Positions 1 through 11,767 of a DNA stretch of 64,000 bases are shown one piece after another. A program made the translations under genes and the position numbers. The notes under the pieces are model-generated. The model searched no databases and had not been told where the DNA came from. It saw only the letters and a list, made by a program, of their open reading frames with translations. This stretch comes from Neoconidiobolus thromboides FSU 785 (taxonomy: Eukaryota > Fungi > Entomophthoromycota): positions 124,001 through 188,000 of the forward strand of contig MU626271.1 in the NCBI GenBank assembly GCA_025603075.1. The letters are read 5' to 3'. Position 1 is the stretch's first letter. Each line of letters begins with the position of its first letter.

Positions 1-1
1 A

Positions 2-199
2 CCCGAATATCATCGTTGTATTATAAAATATCAAAATAATCAATTAAAAGCTAGTTCGATTGGTAATCAAGATTCTTCAAGATTATTATCCATGTTAAAT
101 GCAAATGCACTATTAATATTACCTGAGAAAAAAGAAGATAAAATTCAATTAAATCCTGGTGAATTAGTGGAAGCTTTATTATTAGGAACTATTCAATAA
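2..199 (+). CDS. cnxE: Gephyrin/CnxE (MoeA domain IV) C-terminus, 5'-partial; molybdenum cofactor biosynthesis
   Basis: Manual translation PEYHRCII...SSIGNQDSSRLLSMLNANALLILP...GELVEALLLGTIQ* matches the gephyrin C-terminal motifs RPEYHR and GNQxSSRLxS. Confidence 0.85.
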   Translation, partial: PEYHRCIIKYQNNQLKASSIGNQDSSRLLSMLNANALLILPEKKEDKIQLNPGELVEALLLGTIQ

Positions 200-269
200 T
201 AAATAAATAAAATTTGATTCATATTATATAGTTGGATTTTTTTACTTTATTTTAAAATTAAATAGTTGA

Positions 270-731
270 TTATTTTTGTCTCTATAAAAGTTAACATTTA
301 ATAAGTATTATTGTTATTATTACCATTATCATTATTAAAACTTACATCTCTTTCATTTAATGCTTTATAAGCTCCATTAGCTAAAGCTAATACCAATACC
401 CCACCTAAAAATATTCTTCCATTTCGACTAACTAACCATTTAGAGAGGGGATCTATTACCTATTTCATAAAAGATTAAACTCTTTTATCTTAATTTCTCC
501 TTTATAATAACTTACCTTAAATTTCTGCTCCACTCTTTCGCCTGAAGTTATTGTCTTATGCTTTTGTTGTACTTTTTCCAATTCACTGGAATTAAATACT
601 TTTAATTTTATAGAAGTGTCATTACTTTTATTATTGATTAAGATTTCTCTTTTTTTATTACGTTCTAAATTTAACAATTGATTTGGATTCAAAGGTAAGT
701 TGTATTTCTTTTTTGTTGATTTTTTTTGCAT
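270..731 (-). CDS. Hypothetical small protein with one C-terminal hydrophobic helix (about 3 exons)
   Basis: ORF 465..731 has a GTAAGT donor after ...EQKFK, then an exon VIDPLSKWLVSRNGRIFLGGVLVLALANGAYKALNERD, another GTAAGT donor, and a short terminal exon RQK*. No family recognised. Confidence 0.45.
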
Positions 732-968
732 TATTTATGAAGGTTGATAAAATCAAGTTGGGGTGAAAGAGAGGTCTTTGATAATATTGATTGGAAATAA
801 ATAAATGAATACTTTGACAATTTAAAGTCCAGATTTCAGACTTAGTTCATTTATTTTTGTCTACAAAATTCCAAACTTAAAAATTGCGTATTTTAAGAAT
901 AAATTAAGTAAAAATAGGAGCTGAAATTTTTTTATAATTTCAATTCAACTACTTTTCCGTTTGAATCT

Positions 969-1000
969 CAATTTCAATTTCAATTTCAATTTCAATTTCA
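969..1000 (+). repeat. (CAATTT)x5 microsatellite just upstream of the DUF1748 ATG
   Basis: Direct read of the tandem hexamer. Confidence 0.9.
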
Positions 1001-1012
1001 AATAACAAGAGG

Positions 1013-1482
1013 ATGTCGATGCTTGGAAAATTATTTCATTTATCATTAGATGCTGTCTTGGTATCTGCTGTGTTAGCTGGTATTAAAAGGAGTAGCGGAT
1101 TAAGGTAAGTTTCTTTAGAAAGTTATTTTTTACATTGGAAATATTAAGCTTTTTATTTATTTTTTATTTTAAATCATTTATTATAAAACTTAAATTTCCA
1201 TATCTATAGTTTAAAGTAAGTAAAAAATTTATTATTTTCATTATTGTAAATCTTAATTTAAGCGTATACTTGCTTTAAATTTCTTTAATCATCAAATTTT
1301 TATTCAATGAAATATTAATCCTTTTTTTCTTTTTTAGTTTGAATGTTGATACTATCTCTAATGATACTACTCGTCCTTATATATTAAGATATTTAGATTT
1401 TGGTGAGTGGGTATTCGATCAATCCATTTTTTGGATGTCAAGGAGTACTTATTTCTCCAGAAACAATAGTAATAATAAATAA
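1013..1482 (+). CDS. DUF1748-family small fungal protein
   Basis: Exons 1013-1104 and 1338-1482 (possible 6-nt microexon 1210-1215) give MSMLGKLFHLSLDAVLVSAVLAGIKRSSGL...RYLDFGEWVFDQSI, the typical DAVLVSxxLAGI / YLxxGEWxFD pattern. Confidence 0.75.
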
Positions 1483-1913
1483 ATAAATTATTATGATTCT
1501 ATTTATTAAATAAACTCTTATTATTGCTATTGTATTATCTATTATTCTTTTGTTCTATCCTGATTTGTTTTTTGCTTATATTTTAAACTTCTATAAAAAT
1601 AATTCTATTATTTTTTTTAAAAATTTATTGCGATTTTTTTAAAAAAGAAAGGGAGATAAGCTAAAAATTTTCAAAGTAGAGAGAATTGAGATAATAATGG
1701 CATGAGGGGGGGATAGGGTAGATTTAAGGGTAAGGGGCTAAAGAGAGTTTTGAAAATGAAGAGATCGTTGGTAGGTAGAGGGAGATTATAGAAAACACAA
1801 TATCAAAAAAGGATGGAATGAAAAAAAGAACTAAAAATTTACAAATTAAAAAAATTATATTATTGTAAACTTAACAAAATTAACTTTACAATTTTTTTTT
1901 TAAATCAATTTTT

Positions 1914-4112
1914 TTACTTTTTTTGAATTTTCATTGTTCTTTTTTGATTGAAAGTTACCGTACTTGGTCCACTACCCGTAAGTTCTTTATTATTGGATAA
2001 CAAACCATTATTTTTAGTATAAGAATTACTATTGAAGGTAGGTCCATTATTTCCTGTGTAAATGGGTTTACTTTTGGGCTTAATTTTGACTTCAATTAAT
2101 AAAGGTATATGATCGGATGGAAAGTGAACATTTGGAAATCCTACAAATTTTGAACAGTAATAAGGATCAATTGGGCCAAGTGTATGAGAAATTGTTAAAC
2201 TCATTGGAGTATACCAAATATAATCAATAACTCCAGTAAAAGTAGGCGTAAAATTAGTAAAATTTAAACCACGATAAGCTGATTTTAAAATTAATTGTTG
2301 ACTTAAACCAGATTTACAAAAGTCCCCATAATCTCTACCCGCAATGTCTGGATGATCTAAATCAATTTTACCGTTGTCTAGAAAAGTATAAACACCACTA
2401 TCAGGTAATGAATTAAAATCACCACATAATAATAGTTTCAATCTTTCATTACTATCTTTACGATTAAATTGTTCTGCTATCTTTTCCAACTCCTTTGTTA
2501 CTAAAGCAGTTTGTACTAATTTAACATCCGCACATTCTGGATCCCAATGAATATGAGCATTAGCTACCACCAATTTATAATCCTTTTCTTTTCTTTCTAA
2601 TATAACAATACCAGCTACATTATCTCGATTCATTAGTCGGTTTAAAGTATCTGTGGATTTACAAAATTCTGGCTTATCAATTACTGAACCCAATTCAATA
2701 ATTTTATCAAAATTTAACGAAAACTTATCATTTTTATAAAATGTAGCACATCCATCTACTAGTAATTTGTCGGCTTCATTCATGCGATGAACACGTGATT
2801 TACACCAATGAATACCATCATATCCTTTTTTACTTAACTCGGGTTTAAAAAAAGTATCAAATTGACCTGCTTCAATTTCCTAAAATAGTAATAAAAAAAT
2901 AATTATTATTAGATTTACTATATTAAAAGATCATTATAAAAATTTACTTGTAAACAAATAATATCTGCATTCAATTCTAAAATTTCTTCGCAAATTCTAT
3001 TGCGACGGTATTCCCATTCCAATGCCCAAGAAGGGGTATAGCCATATTGAGATGGGGTAGCATAACGATCAGATAATATATTATAAGTCATAACAATAAG
3101 TTTTTCTATATTAAAATAAAATTATTATTATTACAATACGTTTAGAATCTAAAATATACGTACCATAATCATCTTTAGCATCTTTTTCTGTTTCTTCCCA
3201 AATTCTAGGTGGTGGACTTACTCCCTCTAAAATAGATAAAAGTTAGTATTTTGATTTTAAATATAAATAACTATTACCATATTGGCTATCTCTTAATCTA
3301 CCAATAACAGCTGGAGCGCCTTCTGTAGCCAATATAAGTTTATAACGTTCATCTAGCGGATTACCGTCCAAACCCAAATACTTTAATCTATAAAGTGTAC
3401 CCATTTCAAGAGGAAGCCCCACAATTGAATTATCATATAAATACAATTCTTTTAAATTAACCAACAGCCCAATTTCTGGTGGAATAACATTGATGTTATT
3501 AGAAGTAAGATCAAGTTTTACTAAGGAACGTAATTGACAAATTTCAGCTGGTATATAATTTAAATTATTATTACAAAGATAAAGGGTCGTTAAAAAATCA
3601 TATTGAAATAATTGGGGACTTAAGGCTCTTAATCGCATATTACTTAAATCAAGTATAGTCCATTGGCCTGCTTCTGGTGTAAATGTAGGTCGACCATGTT
3701 TGCTTGGACCTGAATGTTGATTAGCTAAATTCGTTGATTGACGTGATTGTTGCATTGATAGCATACGATGTTGAGGTTGAGAATGAATTGGATGACCGTT
3801 AGTTTGAGATAAACTAGTTGAGTGAATAGTTGGACGCCCTTCAAGTAATGCGTTTTCTAATGGATTATTAGTCGGATAATTCATATTCTTTTGAATTATC
3901 GGATAACGTGGATTATGTTGTTGATATAAATTTTGTGGTGATGGTTGAATATAACTTAAGTTTGGGTTAACTGAAGATGGTAAACTTTGGTTCATATTCA
4001 TAGAATAATTCGGTTGGGCGTTAATTCCATTACCATATAACATATAAGGTGGCATAGGGTAGTTCTGAGCACCCGGCGGATACCCGTTGACTAGGTTGTC
4101 TTTATCATTCAT
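1914..4112 (-). CDS. CCR4: CCR4 deadenylase (LRR + EEP nuclease) of the CCR4-NOT complex
   Basis: Q/P-rich N-terminus, LRRs, then TYNILSDRYA, DIICLQE, ANAHIHWDP, CGDFNSLP, GVIDYIWY, FPSDH; three canonical introns. Confidence 0.96.
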
Positions 4113-5648
4113 TTTGCTTCTAAATAAAGCTAAATTAAAAAATAACGTTTTTATAGGAAAAGAAAATTTACTTTGAAATACTTTAAAATTCTTTTTTATT
4201 TTAATTGAACACTTGCTTGTTAGCATTTAAGTACACTTTAAATAAAAAATAATAAACTGATACCTAGATATTAAAGAAGTTAGCAATGGCTGCAAACGAA
4301 ATGTATTTTTAACTAATAAATAAATAGAAGATTTGAATAACTATATTTTTAAACTTACCTTAATACTTTAAAATAACCTAATTTATTGAACACTCTGATA
4401 AAAATAGAAGATCGACTTTATAAAGCTGGGACTAATAGTTAACGAAAAAATAGTTTTCTCACTTTAGTAAAATAGAATATGTAATAAACGTTAGGCAGCA
4501 TCATACTTTAACTATGCAAATTTAGTGCCCACTTGAGTTATTCACCAATAATTGGAGATCTAAGCAAATGAATTCATTTTATTGGTAACCTTAAGACTTA
4601 ATTATCAAATTAGGTTTGACTATGGGGAAACTAAGCTACAATAATTGGATGAAAAAACTACCTCTTTAGATGACTGAAATGCTGGGTTATCTTATTAAAA
4701 GAAATTGAAACTGAGTAGTTTGTTTTTAATTTGATTAAAATTTTTAAGTGGCATTTCGTAACTATTAATAATTTTCAAATTAAAAGAATTAAGTTAACTA
4801 AGTATAGTTGTTTCAATGTGGTAAATATTAATTTTTGTAACTATTATAAGTGATATTTTTTTCTAATATTTTACTATATAATTAACAAAAATATAGTATA
4901 TAACAGTACATATATATGTATTACTAGTATAAAAAATGCTATTACTTATTCAATATAAACTAAGAGTAAATATATACTAAATTAATTAGGCTAATTATTA
5001 GAAGAATTTTAAGTAGAAATAAGTATAATTAAATTACAATTATATATAATAGATTATATATAGTTATTATTTTTTTAAATGTATTTATTATATAACTCCA
5101 TATTTGAAAACTTTAAATAAATTAATTGAACACATTATTAATATTCCGGATAATTAAATTATAAGAACCAAATTACTAATAAAATTTCGAATCAACTATT
5201 CTATTTATTTAATAAATTTTAATCGTAGGTTTAAAATATCTATTTGATTATTTTTAATAGAAGGTACTAAATTAATGCTATACTAAATATTTTTATATTT
5301 ATAATATTTAACAAAGATATTTAATGAATAAAAATCAAGTTAAAGGTTTTATATACTTTTTTAGGATGAAATTTGAAAATTGATGCAGTATATCCGAACT
5401 TAAACTTTAATTTGCTTTTTAGTGATCTGTTATTACATTTGTATAAAATAATAATCAATAATTTATTAAATTTAATATTATGTTATTTGATTATTTTTCT
5501 ATTAAGTAACATTGAATTCACAGTATTTATGTCAATCTCCAAGATACTCCTATCCATCTTACAATCCTTCAAAGAATCATAAAGTAACAACATTAAACAT
5601 AAATTAAAAAACTAGTTAATATAAACATTAAAGCTATTAAAAATTTAT

Positions 5649-8600
5649 TTAAATTTTCCCTGAGTTCACCATTTCCTTTAATTGGGCAATAAATTGATAA
5701 TAAGATTGAATAGTATTAGTACGATCTTCTACTAAATAAGTCAAAAATAACAATCGAAGTGCTGGATCTCCATCTTCTTTAACAATAAATGTTTCTTGAT
5801 AATAAGTATCTCGAACAATTTTACGATGTTGATTCAAAATTGCTTGTACTCTCTTTGAAAGTTTAGTATCAAGTAAAGGTAAAGAAACCTAAAATGAAAG
5901 AATCAATTTAATTTGTTTTATATAGTTTACTTAATATTAATATTACCTTTCCACCAAATAACGAGCCATAGGAATTAACTGAAAATAATTCATTTAAAAT
6001 CCTTGGATCGGCTCTAGTACCCACATAAATCATAGCCCTTTGAGTATTATCTAATAGATAAACACCTTGAGAATTGATGCTATCACTACGTAAATTAAGA
6101 GGCGTTGGAAGTATTATTTTTCCTTCATTATCAATTGTACCTGCCTAATGAATAAAAAATTAATATATAAAAACAAACTTACTTAAAAAACAAACTTACT
6201 TCTTCTGGTAACTCATGTAAAGCGTAAAGTTTAGGTGCTAAAAATGGAGTCAAAAATTCGGGTGGTGATAAATTGATAAAATTAATAGCAGCTGATCGTA
6301 TATCACTTGTAGTAGTAGAACCAGCACGAAGTGAAATCTAAAATTATGTTAATATTAATTTATAAAAAATTCAACAGTCAACTTACGTTTTTGAGCATAG
6401 CTAAAGTCATAAAAGGATAATGACGAAGGTTAGAACATATGGGCAAATGAGTAGTAGCACCGGAAGAAGAAGACGTTAATTCAGTTTTAAACGTATGTAA
6501 AATTTGAGCACATTTATTAATGAGTGCATCTCTAGCATCTTCAAGTTTAGATGTTAGTGCACGATCAACAGCTATTTAAATTGTTAGCACCTATACATAT
6601 ATTGAATTAGTAATAGTATGTTACCTTTCTTAGCAATAAATGAAAACATAGCTGTTTGATCAGCTGATTGATAAAGCTCCGAAATATTCGAAGTAGTTGG
6701 AATAGCTGAAGTCATAACTCTAATCCTTCTTTCACCTAAAAATAATTAGCCTTTAAACTTAAATAATAAAAATAACAATTGCCTGTTGAAGAAGTATAAA
6801 GAAGAGCGGATTGAACAATAGCAATTGGAGTTTCTAATTTATCTTCTAAAGATAATTCAACAGTATAGCAATGGTCTGGAGTCACATTAGGAAGAGATAA
6901 AAGCTGACTAGCTCTTAAGAAAAAGTTTCCAAAATAAGCATCGGTACGGATACCCTGAGAGCATCTTAATCGAAGTACAGCTTCAAGTCCAACTTCATTA
7001 GCCAAAAATTCAGAAACTTCATGTCTTAATTTGGTGATATCTTCAGTACGTTGCGCATTGAATCCAGGATAATGGTACAAATGCCCACCCGTATACTTTG
7101 GTGCAGAGGCTAATACTTGTTAACATATCATAAAACAAACAATAAATTACTTACATAAAGTAGCAATATCCATATATTGGCCACCAAACAAAAACATATC
7201 TATACCAATGTAAGCTCTTGAACAATCAAGTGCAAAGTTTTTATAAAAACTAGAAGCTGGATTAAGTAAAGAAGATTCCTAGAATAAAATAAAATAAATA
7301 AAGTCATGATCATAATAATAAGCTTACTTTAGCAGTCCCCAAAATTTTAGGATCTTCACGAATAGTAAGGTCACCAGATTGAATGGTTGGAAGTATAGTT
7401 TGAAAGTTAATAATTTTACCACCAGATGGAGTCTAAAAATAAGTTAAACACAAACATGAGCAAAAAAGACAAACTTACCAAAATCTTTTGAGCTGATTGT
7501 AAAGCAGGCCCCAAAGCACTTTGTACATTTTGAGTGGATTTAAACATTAAGCCTAAACGAGAGAGGAGAGATTCAATAGCTGGACGAGCTTCCACTAAAT
7601 TGACCAATAAATCTTCAGGTGACGGAAGATATACTTCTTCTAAATCAGCTACTACTAACATTTGGGGTTCTGAAGATTTTATCTAATAGATTGTTAATAT
7701 TAAATCAAACTTAATATATACATATACTTACATCAAGTTTATAAAAATGAAGGGAGCTATCAAAAGTCATAAAACCAACTTTAACTCTTTGATCAGCATT
7801 TGGTATACGATCTAATGAGTCTAAAATTGTTTTTGCAATAGCTGCAACTATGCCACTTTGTACCGAAGCATAAGATACATCAATAACAAAAAAATAGATA
7901 GGAGGTTGGGGAGCGCGAACCTTAAGTCTTTATATTAGAAATTGTCAATTTAAATTAACAAGTTAATAATTACCATATATTCTACAGGCGCAGAATAATC
8001 AACTACAGCATGAGTTACTTCTGGACGTTGGAAACGATCGATTGGTTGGCGTGTATTAAGATCGTAATCAAAGGATTGGGGTACTAAATAAAACTGTTAA
8101 AACTGCATCATTTCTTATATATTAAAATTACAATCGTTATGAAGGTTACATACATTACATTTCCATTTGGTTTGAACAAATGTTACAAATGGATTAATGT
8201 ATGTACGACAAGCTCTACAACGGATGATTTCATAAAGGACTGGAATATACTATAAGTTTTTAAAAAATTGTGGAAATTACAGTAGTTAAACAATTACTTG
8301 TTCTGGGCCCAGAGTTTTAAATGGGGTAATAATCAAGCCCAAAGGTAAGTTTGATTTTTTTAATAAAGCCGGGGTAGCCGGAAAAGCATTAAGGGTAGTT
8401 CTTTGCATTTCAATATCACAAACTAAATGACTGGATGTTGGATTGATCATAGACTAAATAAAATTTAATAAACTAATTTAAAGTAAAAATAAATTATATA
8501 TACCTCTTGCGGAATCTTTGGTATTGGTGGGAGTTCATTAAGTTCATGCATCTTTGGTTGAAAATGAAGCAAAGGTGTGGTCTGCAATGGATTTTCCACC

Positions 8601-9322
8601 TTTTTTTAAAAAAATTATTATAAACAACATCATTAATAAATTTAGCTTACTAAGCCACTGGATTGTATATTCATATTTGCCATTGGTGTTGTTAGATTGT
8701 TTGGATCATAGTTGTATTGACTATCCTGTTGTTGATAAGGATAAGCTTGGGGATATCCTTGTTGAGGTTGGTTTTGGTTTTGGTTTTGGCTTTCTCCAGG
8801 TACGAATAGTTGTGGTTGATAATCATTAGGCATTTCATTTACTTGCGGAGGTTGATTATACAAACTAGTATCAGGTTGATTGGGATACATTCTACGTCTA
8901 GCTGGATTCATATTACTTTGAGCATGATTTTGAGGTGGCGGACTTTGAGGATTTGGCTGTTGAGGCCTTGGTGCAGATGGATATTGATTTGCATTTGGTC
9001 CTAATGGCATTGGCCTTTGTCCCATATTTGGTGGTTGCTGCTGTGGCGGGATTTGTCCTGTTGGACGTGATGGACCTTGATGTTGCTGATTAGGATGTTG
9101 CTGATTAGGATGTTGCTGATTAGGATGTTGCTGATTAGGTGGATACCTTGGTGGAAACCCAGGACGAGGTGGGCCATTTTGGTTTGGACCAGGTCTAAAG
9201 TTCCCCATACCTTGTGGAGGTGGACCACCTGGACCCATATTAGGTCTAGGTCCCCCTTGCCCCTGCATTTGTGGCCTTGGCCTTGGTGGTTGGTTTTGTT
9301 GTGGTGGCGGTGGTTGTGACAT
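5649..9322 (-). CDS. SEC24: COPII coat subunit Sec24 (multi-exon)
   Basis: Pro/Gln-rich N-terminus, Zn finger [14 protein letters not shown]...WKCNVC, trunk [32 protein letters not shown], gelsolin-like C-terminus FLTYLVEDR...SYYQF. Confidence 0.95.
9079..9139 (-). repeat. 15-bp coding tandem repeat x4 (PNQQH) in the Sec24 N-terminus
   Basis: GATGTTGCTGATTAG repeated four times. Confidence 0.9.
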
Positions 9323-9489
9323 CAATAGCTTTTACTATGTATATTCTATTGTTTTAACTTTTTTGAAAAGGTTAGTTTTTTGAGTAATTTGATCGAATCA
9401 GCTATTGGTTTGCCTAATCGGGCACTAACTACAGTAAAGGTAATTTTGACGTGGAGCTTTCTGAGCATATTAAATATTGAATCAAATTT

Positions 9490-9498
9490 TGATTGGTT
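9490..9498 (-). promoter_or_regulatory. CCAAT box (AACCAATCA) in the SEC24/PSF1 divergent promoter
   Basis: Matches the NF-Y/HAP consensus RRCCAATCA, ~170 bp upstream of the SEC24 ATG. Confidence 0.45.
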
Positions 9499-9767
9499 AG
9501 TATAACTTTTTGTAAATTATATAAATTATATAGCAATATAATATAATATATAATACAATATGTATATTATATTTAAATAAGATAAATACAGTTATATTAT
9601 TATCACTAATACAAATATTTTTTAGGCAAAACAAAACTATCAATAAATCACATAGATGCTTGATCTTTATCAAAATAAACCTGAATCCCATAAAATTTAA
9701 TCTATAAAAATAAAATAAAATTTAAACGTTTTTGTGCTTTAAAAATTTTGTTATTATTTTATATAGA

Positions 9768-10754
9768 ATGGGATTATCTGAAGACTTAACAAAATTGATG
9801 CAAGATAGCAAACGTTGTAAACGCATACTATACCCATATAATTCAGAGCTTGTTCAAAAGCTCAAAAATGATATGACTTCCATCTATTGTTCTTTTAAAG
9901 CTAAATCAGAAGATAAAGATGCGAATGAAATAGAAGCAGAGATAGGATCAAGCCATGTAGGAATAAAGAGAAGTTCTGGTTATCAAATTCAAAATGAAGG
10001 CTCATCTGTACCAATATCAAGCTCTAGCCAGGCTGCGCCTGACACAAGCACTGCTAATTATACTCAAACTCAAACGAGCGCATCGCAGTTCAGTATCAAA
10101 AACCAAATAGAGAATATGCATATGGAGTATATGGTAGAAGGGGCCGCAATAAGTAGGATCAAAAGAGCAATTAACATTTATCATAACTCTAGGATTCAAA
10201 CTCTTCAAGAGTTTATTTGGAAAACAGGGCATTTACCAACGAATGAGAGAAACGACTTTTCTTCATCACTGGCTAGAGTAAGACCAGTTGCAAGATCAGA
10301 TTCGATGCCTTTAGAGTTAAAAAGATTAATATCAAATCCAAAGAAGGCACTAAACAATAATGGTGGGAGTAAGCTAAAGGCAAGCTTGGCATTGGGCCAA
10401 AAGAGGTCTAGTATAGATGAGGAAGCCGAAATTAGAAATAAAAGGAGTAAATCAATACAGGAAATGAGATCCATGCCACCTAAAATCTCAGATAACTTAT
10501 CAGCAGGAGAAAAAAGGTTTGGGATGGATTATCAGAACTTGATCCGAAAGTTATCAAATAAGTTTCCTAACTTGGATTTGATGGGACCTATGAAGCCACC
10601 AAAAAGTGTATATATGCAAATCAAGTGTTTGAAAGACTGTGGTAGTATTATCACTGAAAGCGGAGAAATTAATTTGAAGAAAAATTCAATCCTTTATGTC
10701 AAAAAGACTGACGTTGACCACTTGCTTAAAAATGGTGACGTTGAAAAATATTAA
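9768..10754 (+). CDS. PSF1: GINS subunit Psf1-like protein with two large insertions, intronless
   Basis: AAISRIKRAINIYHNSRI helix and C-terminal DLMGPMKPPKSVYMQIKCLKDCGSIITESGEINLKKNS...DVDHLLKNG, matching the Psf1 pattern DLTxxxxPPKxxFIxVRVLKDxGxIxTExG. Confidence 0.8.
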   Translation: MGLSEDLTKLMQDSKRCKRILYPYNSELVQKLKNDMTSIYCSFKAKSEDKDANEIEAEIGSSHVGIKRSSGYQIQNEGSSVPISSSSQAAPDTSTANYTQTQTSASQFSIKNQIENMHMEYMVEGAAISRIKRAINIYHNSRIQTLQEFIWKTGHLPTNERNDFSSSLARVRPVARSDSMPLELKRLISNPKKALNNNGGSKLKASLALGQKRSSIDEEAEIRNKRSKSIQEMRSMPPKISDNLSAGEKRFGMDYQNLIRKLSNKFPNLDLMGPMKPPKSVYMQIKCLKDCGSIITESGEINLKKNSILYVKKTDVDHLLKNGDVEKY

Positions 10755-10808
10755 AATACTATTTAAATTATTTTCGTTTTTTATCATTCTATAATGTATA
10801 TTAATTAT

Positions 10809-11649
10809 TTACAAGAAATAAAAATTAAGTAAATAATCAACAAGTTTTTTCTTTATTATTAGTTAAAAGGATAGCTTTAAATTGCTTGATCGCAACAAAA
10901 TAGGTCAAGAGCAAACTAACCGCAATATAGATGATCAATTTAATTAATCCTTTAGTTAATGCTTTAAAGTAAAGAGTTTCTAAAACTGATATGAATTAAT
11001 AAATAAAAATATAGCATAATGTAATAAAAATTACTTAGATTAAACTCGAAATTAACATCCTTATTTACATAACTAGGATTATACAACACACTCGGTTTAA
11101 ATTCAATAATAGAAAGATAAGTTAGTTCCAAGCTCAGGTTCAACTAATATAACTTTCTTAGAATAAATATAAAAAAAGAACCAAAAATACCGTATCTGAG
11201 ATATTATTCAAAAACTCTGTTTTATCATTAAAAGCAGCATTACTAAGCAGGTGAACTAGCGTATTCTTATTAACAACTTGGAACTCCAAGTCGGCTTGGT
11301 GCTAAAATATTAACTAAAGTTTCAAAAACTAAAGACTAAAAACTAAAATTACAATAGCTGGAAAGCATAGCCTGAGTTCATAACGATTATTTAGTTCCAA
11401 GTTGGATAGCAGATAAAATCTATAGTGAGGAAAAGTGATCTTATTAAACGAAGGTATGAGTTCTGAGCTAAGTTGATGGTTAAGTGGTATGCTTCTAACG
11501 CTCGAGTTGTACGAATTCTTATCATTTATGAAGTTGGATAATATATTAGGACTTTGATTATGTGCTATGTGGTCATTGACGTCAAACTGTATTTTTTCAT
11601 TGTTGCATGTTATTAATTGGAATAATGAAATTAATAATACTATTAACAT
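10809..11649 (-). CDS. Pga1-like type I membrane protein (putative GPI mannosyltransferase II partner), 4 exons
   Basis: Signal peptide then NNEKI, YLLSNLELNNRYELRLCFPA, and a C-terminal FNLILETLYF plus TM helix reconstructed across GT-AG introns. Family assignment is from motif recall. Confidence 0.55.
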
Positions 11650-11767
11650 TATGTAAAGATGGATCAAAAAAAAAATTGCAGCCCATAAGGAAATTCTTGT
11701 TTTTTTTCAAAACAAGATTTAAATTTTGCATTTAGAACTTTGTAAAATCAAATATCAATTATTTCTA

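Noticed and set aside
8554-9319. Several plus-strand and alternate-frame ORFs over the SEC24 first exon
   Set aside because: Shadows of a GC-rich, repetitive Pro/Gln-coding exon.
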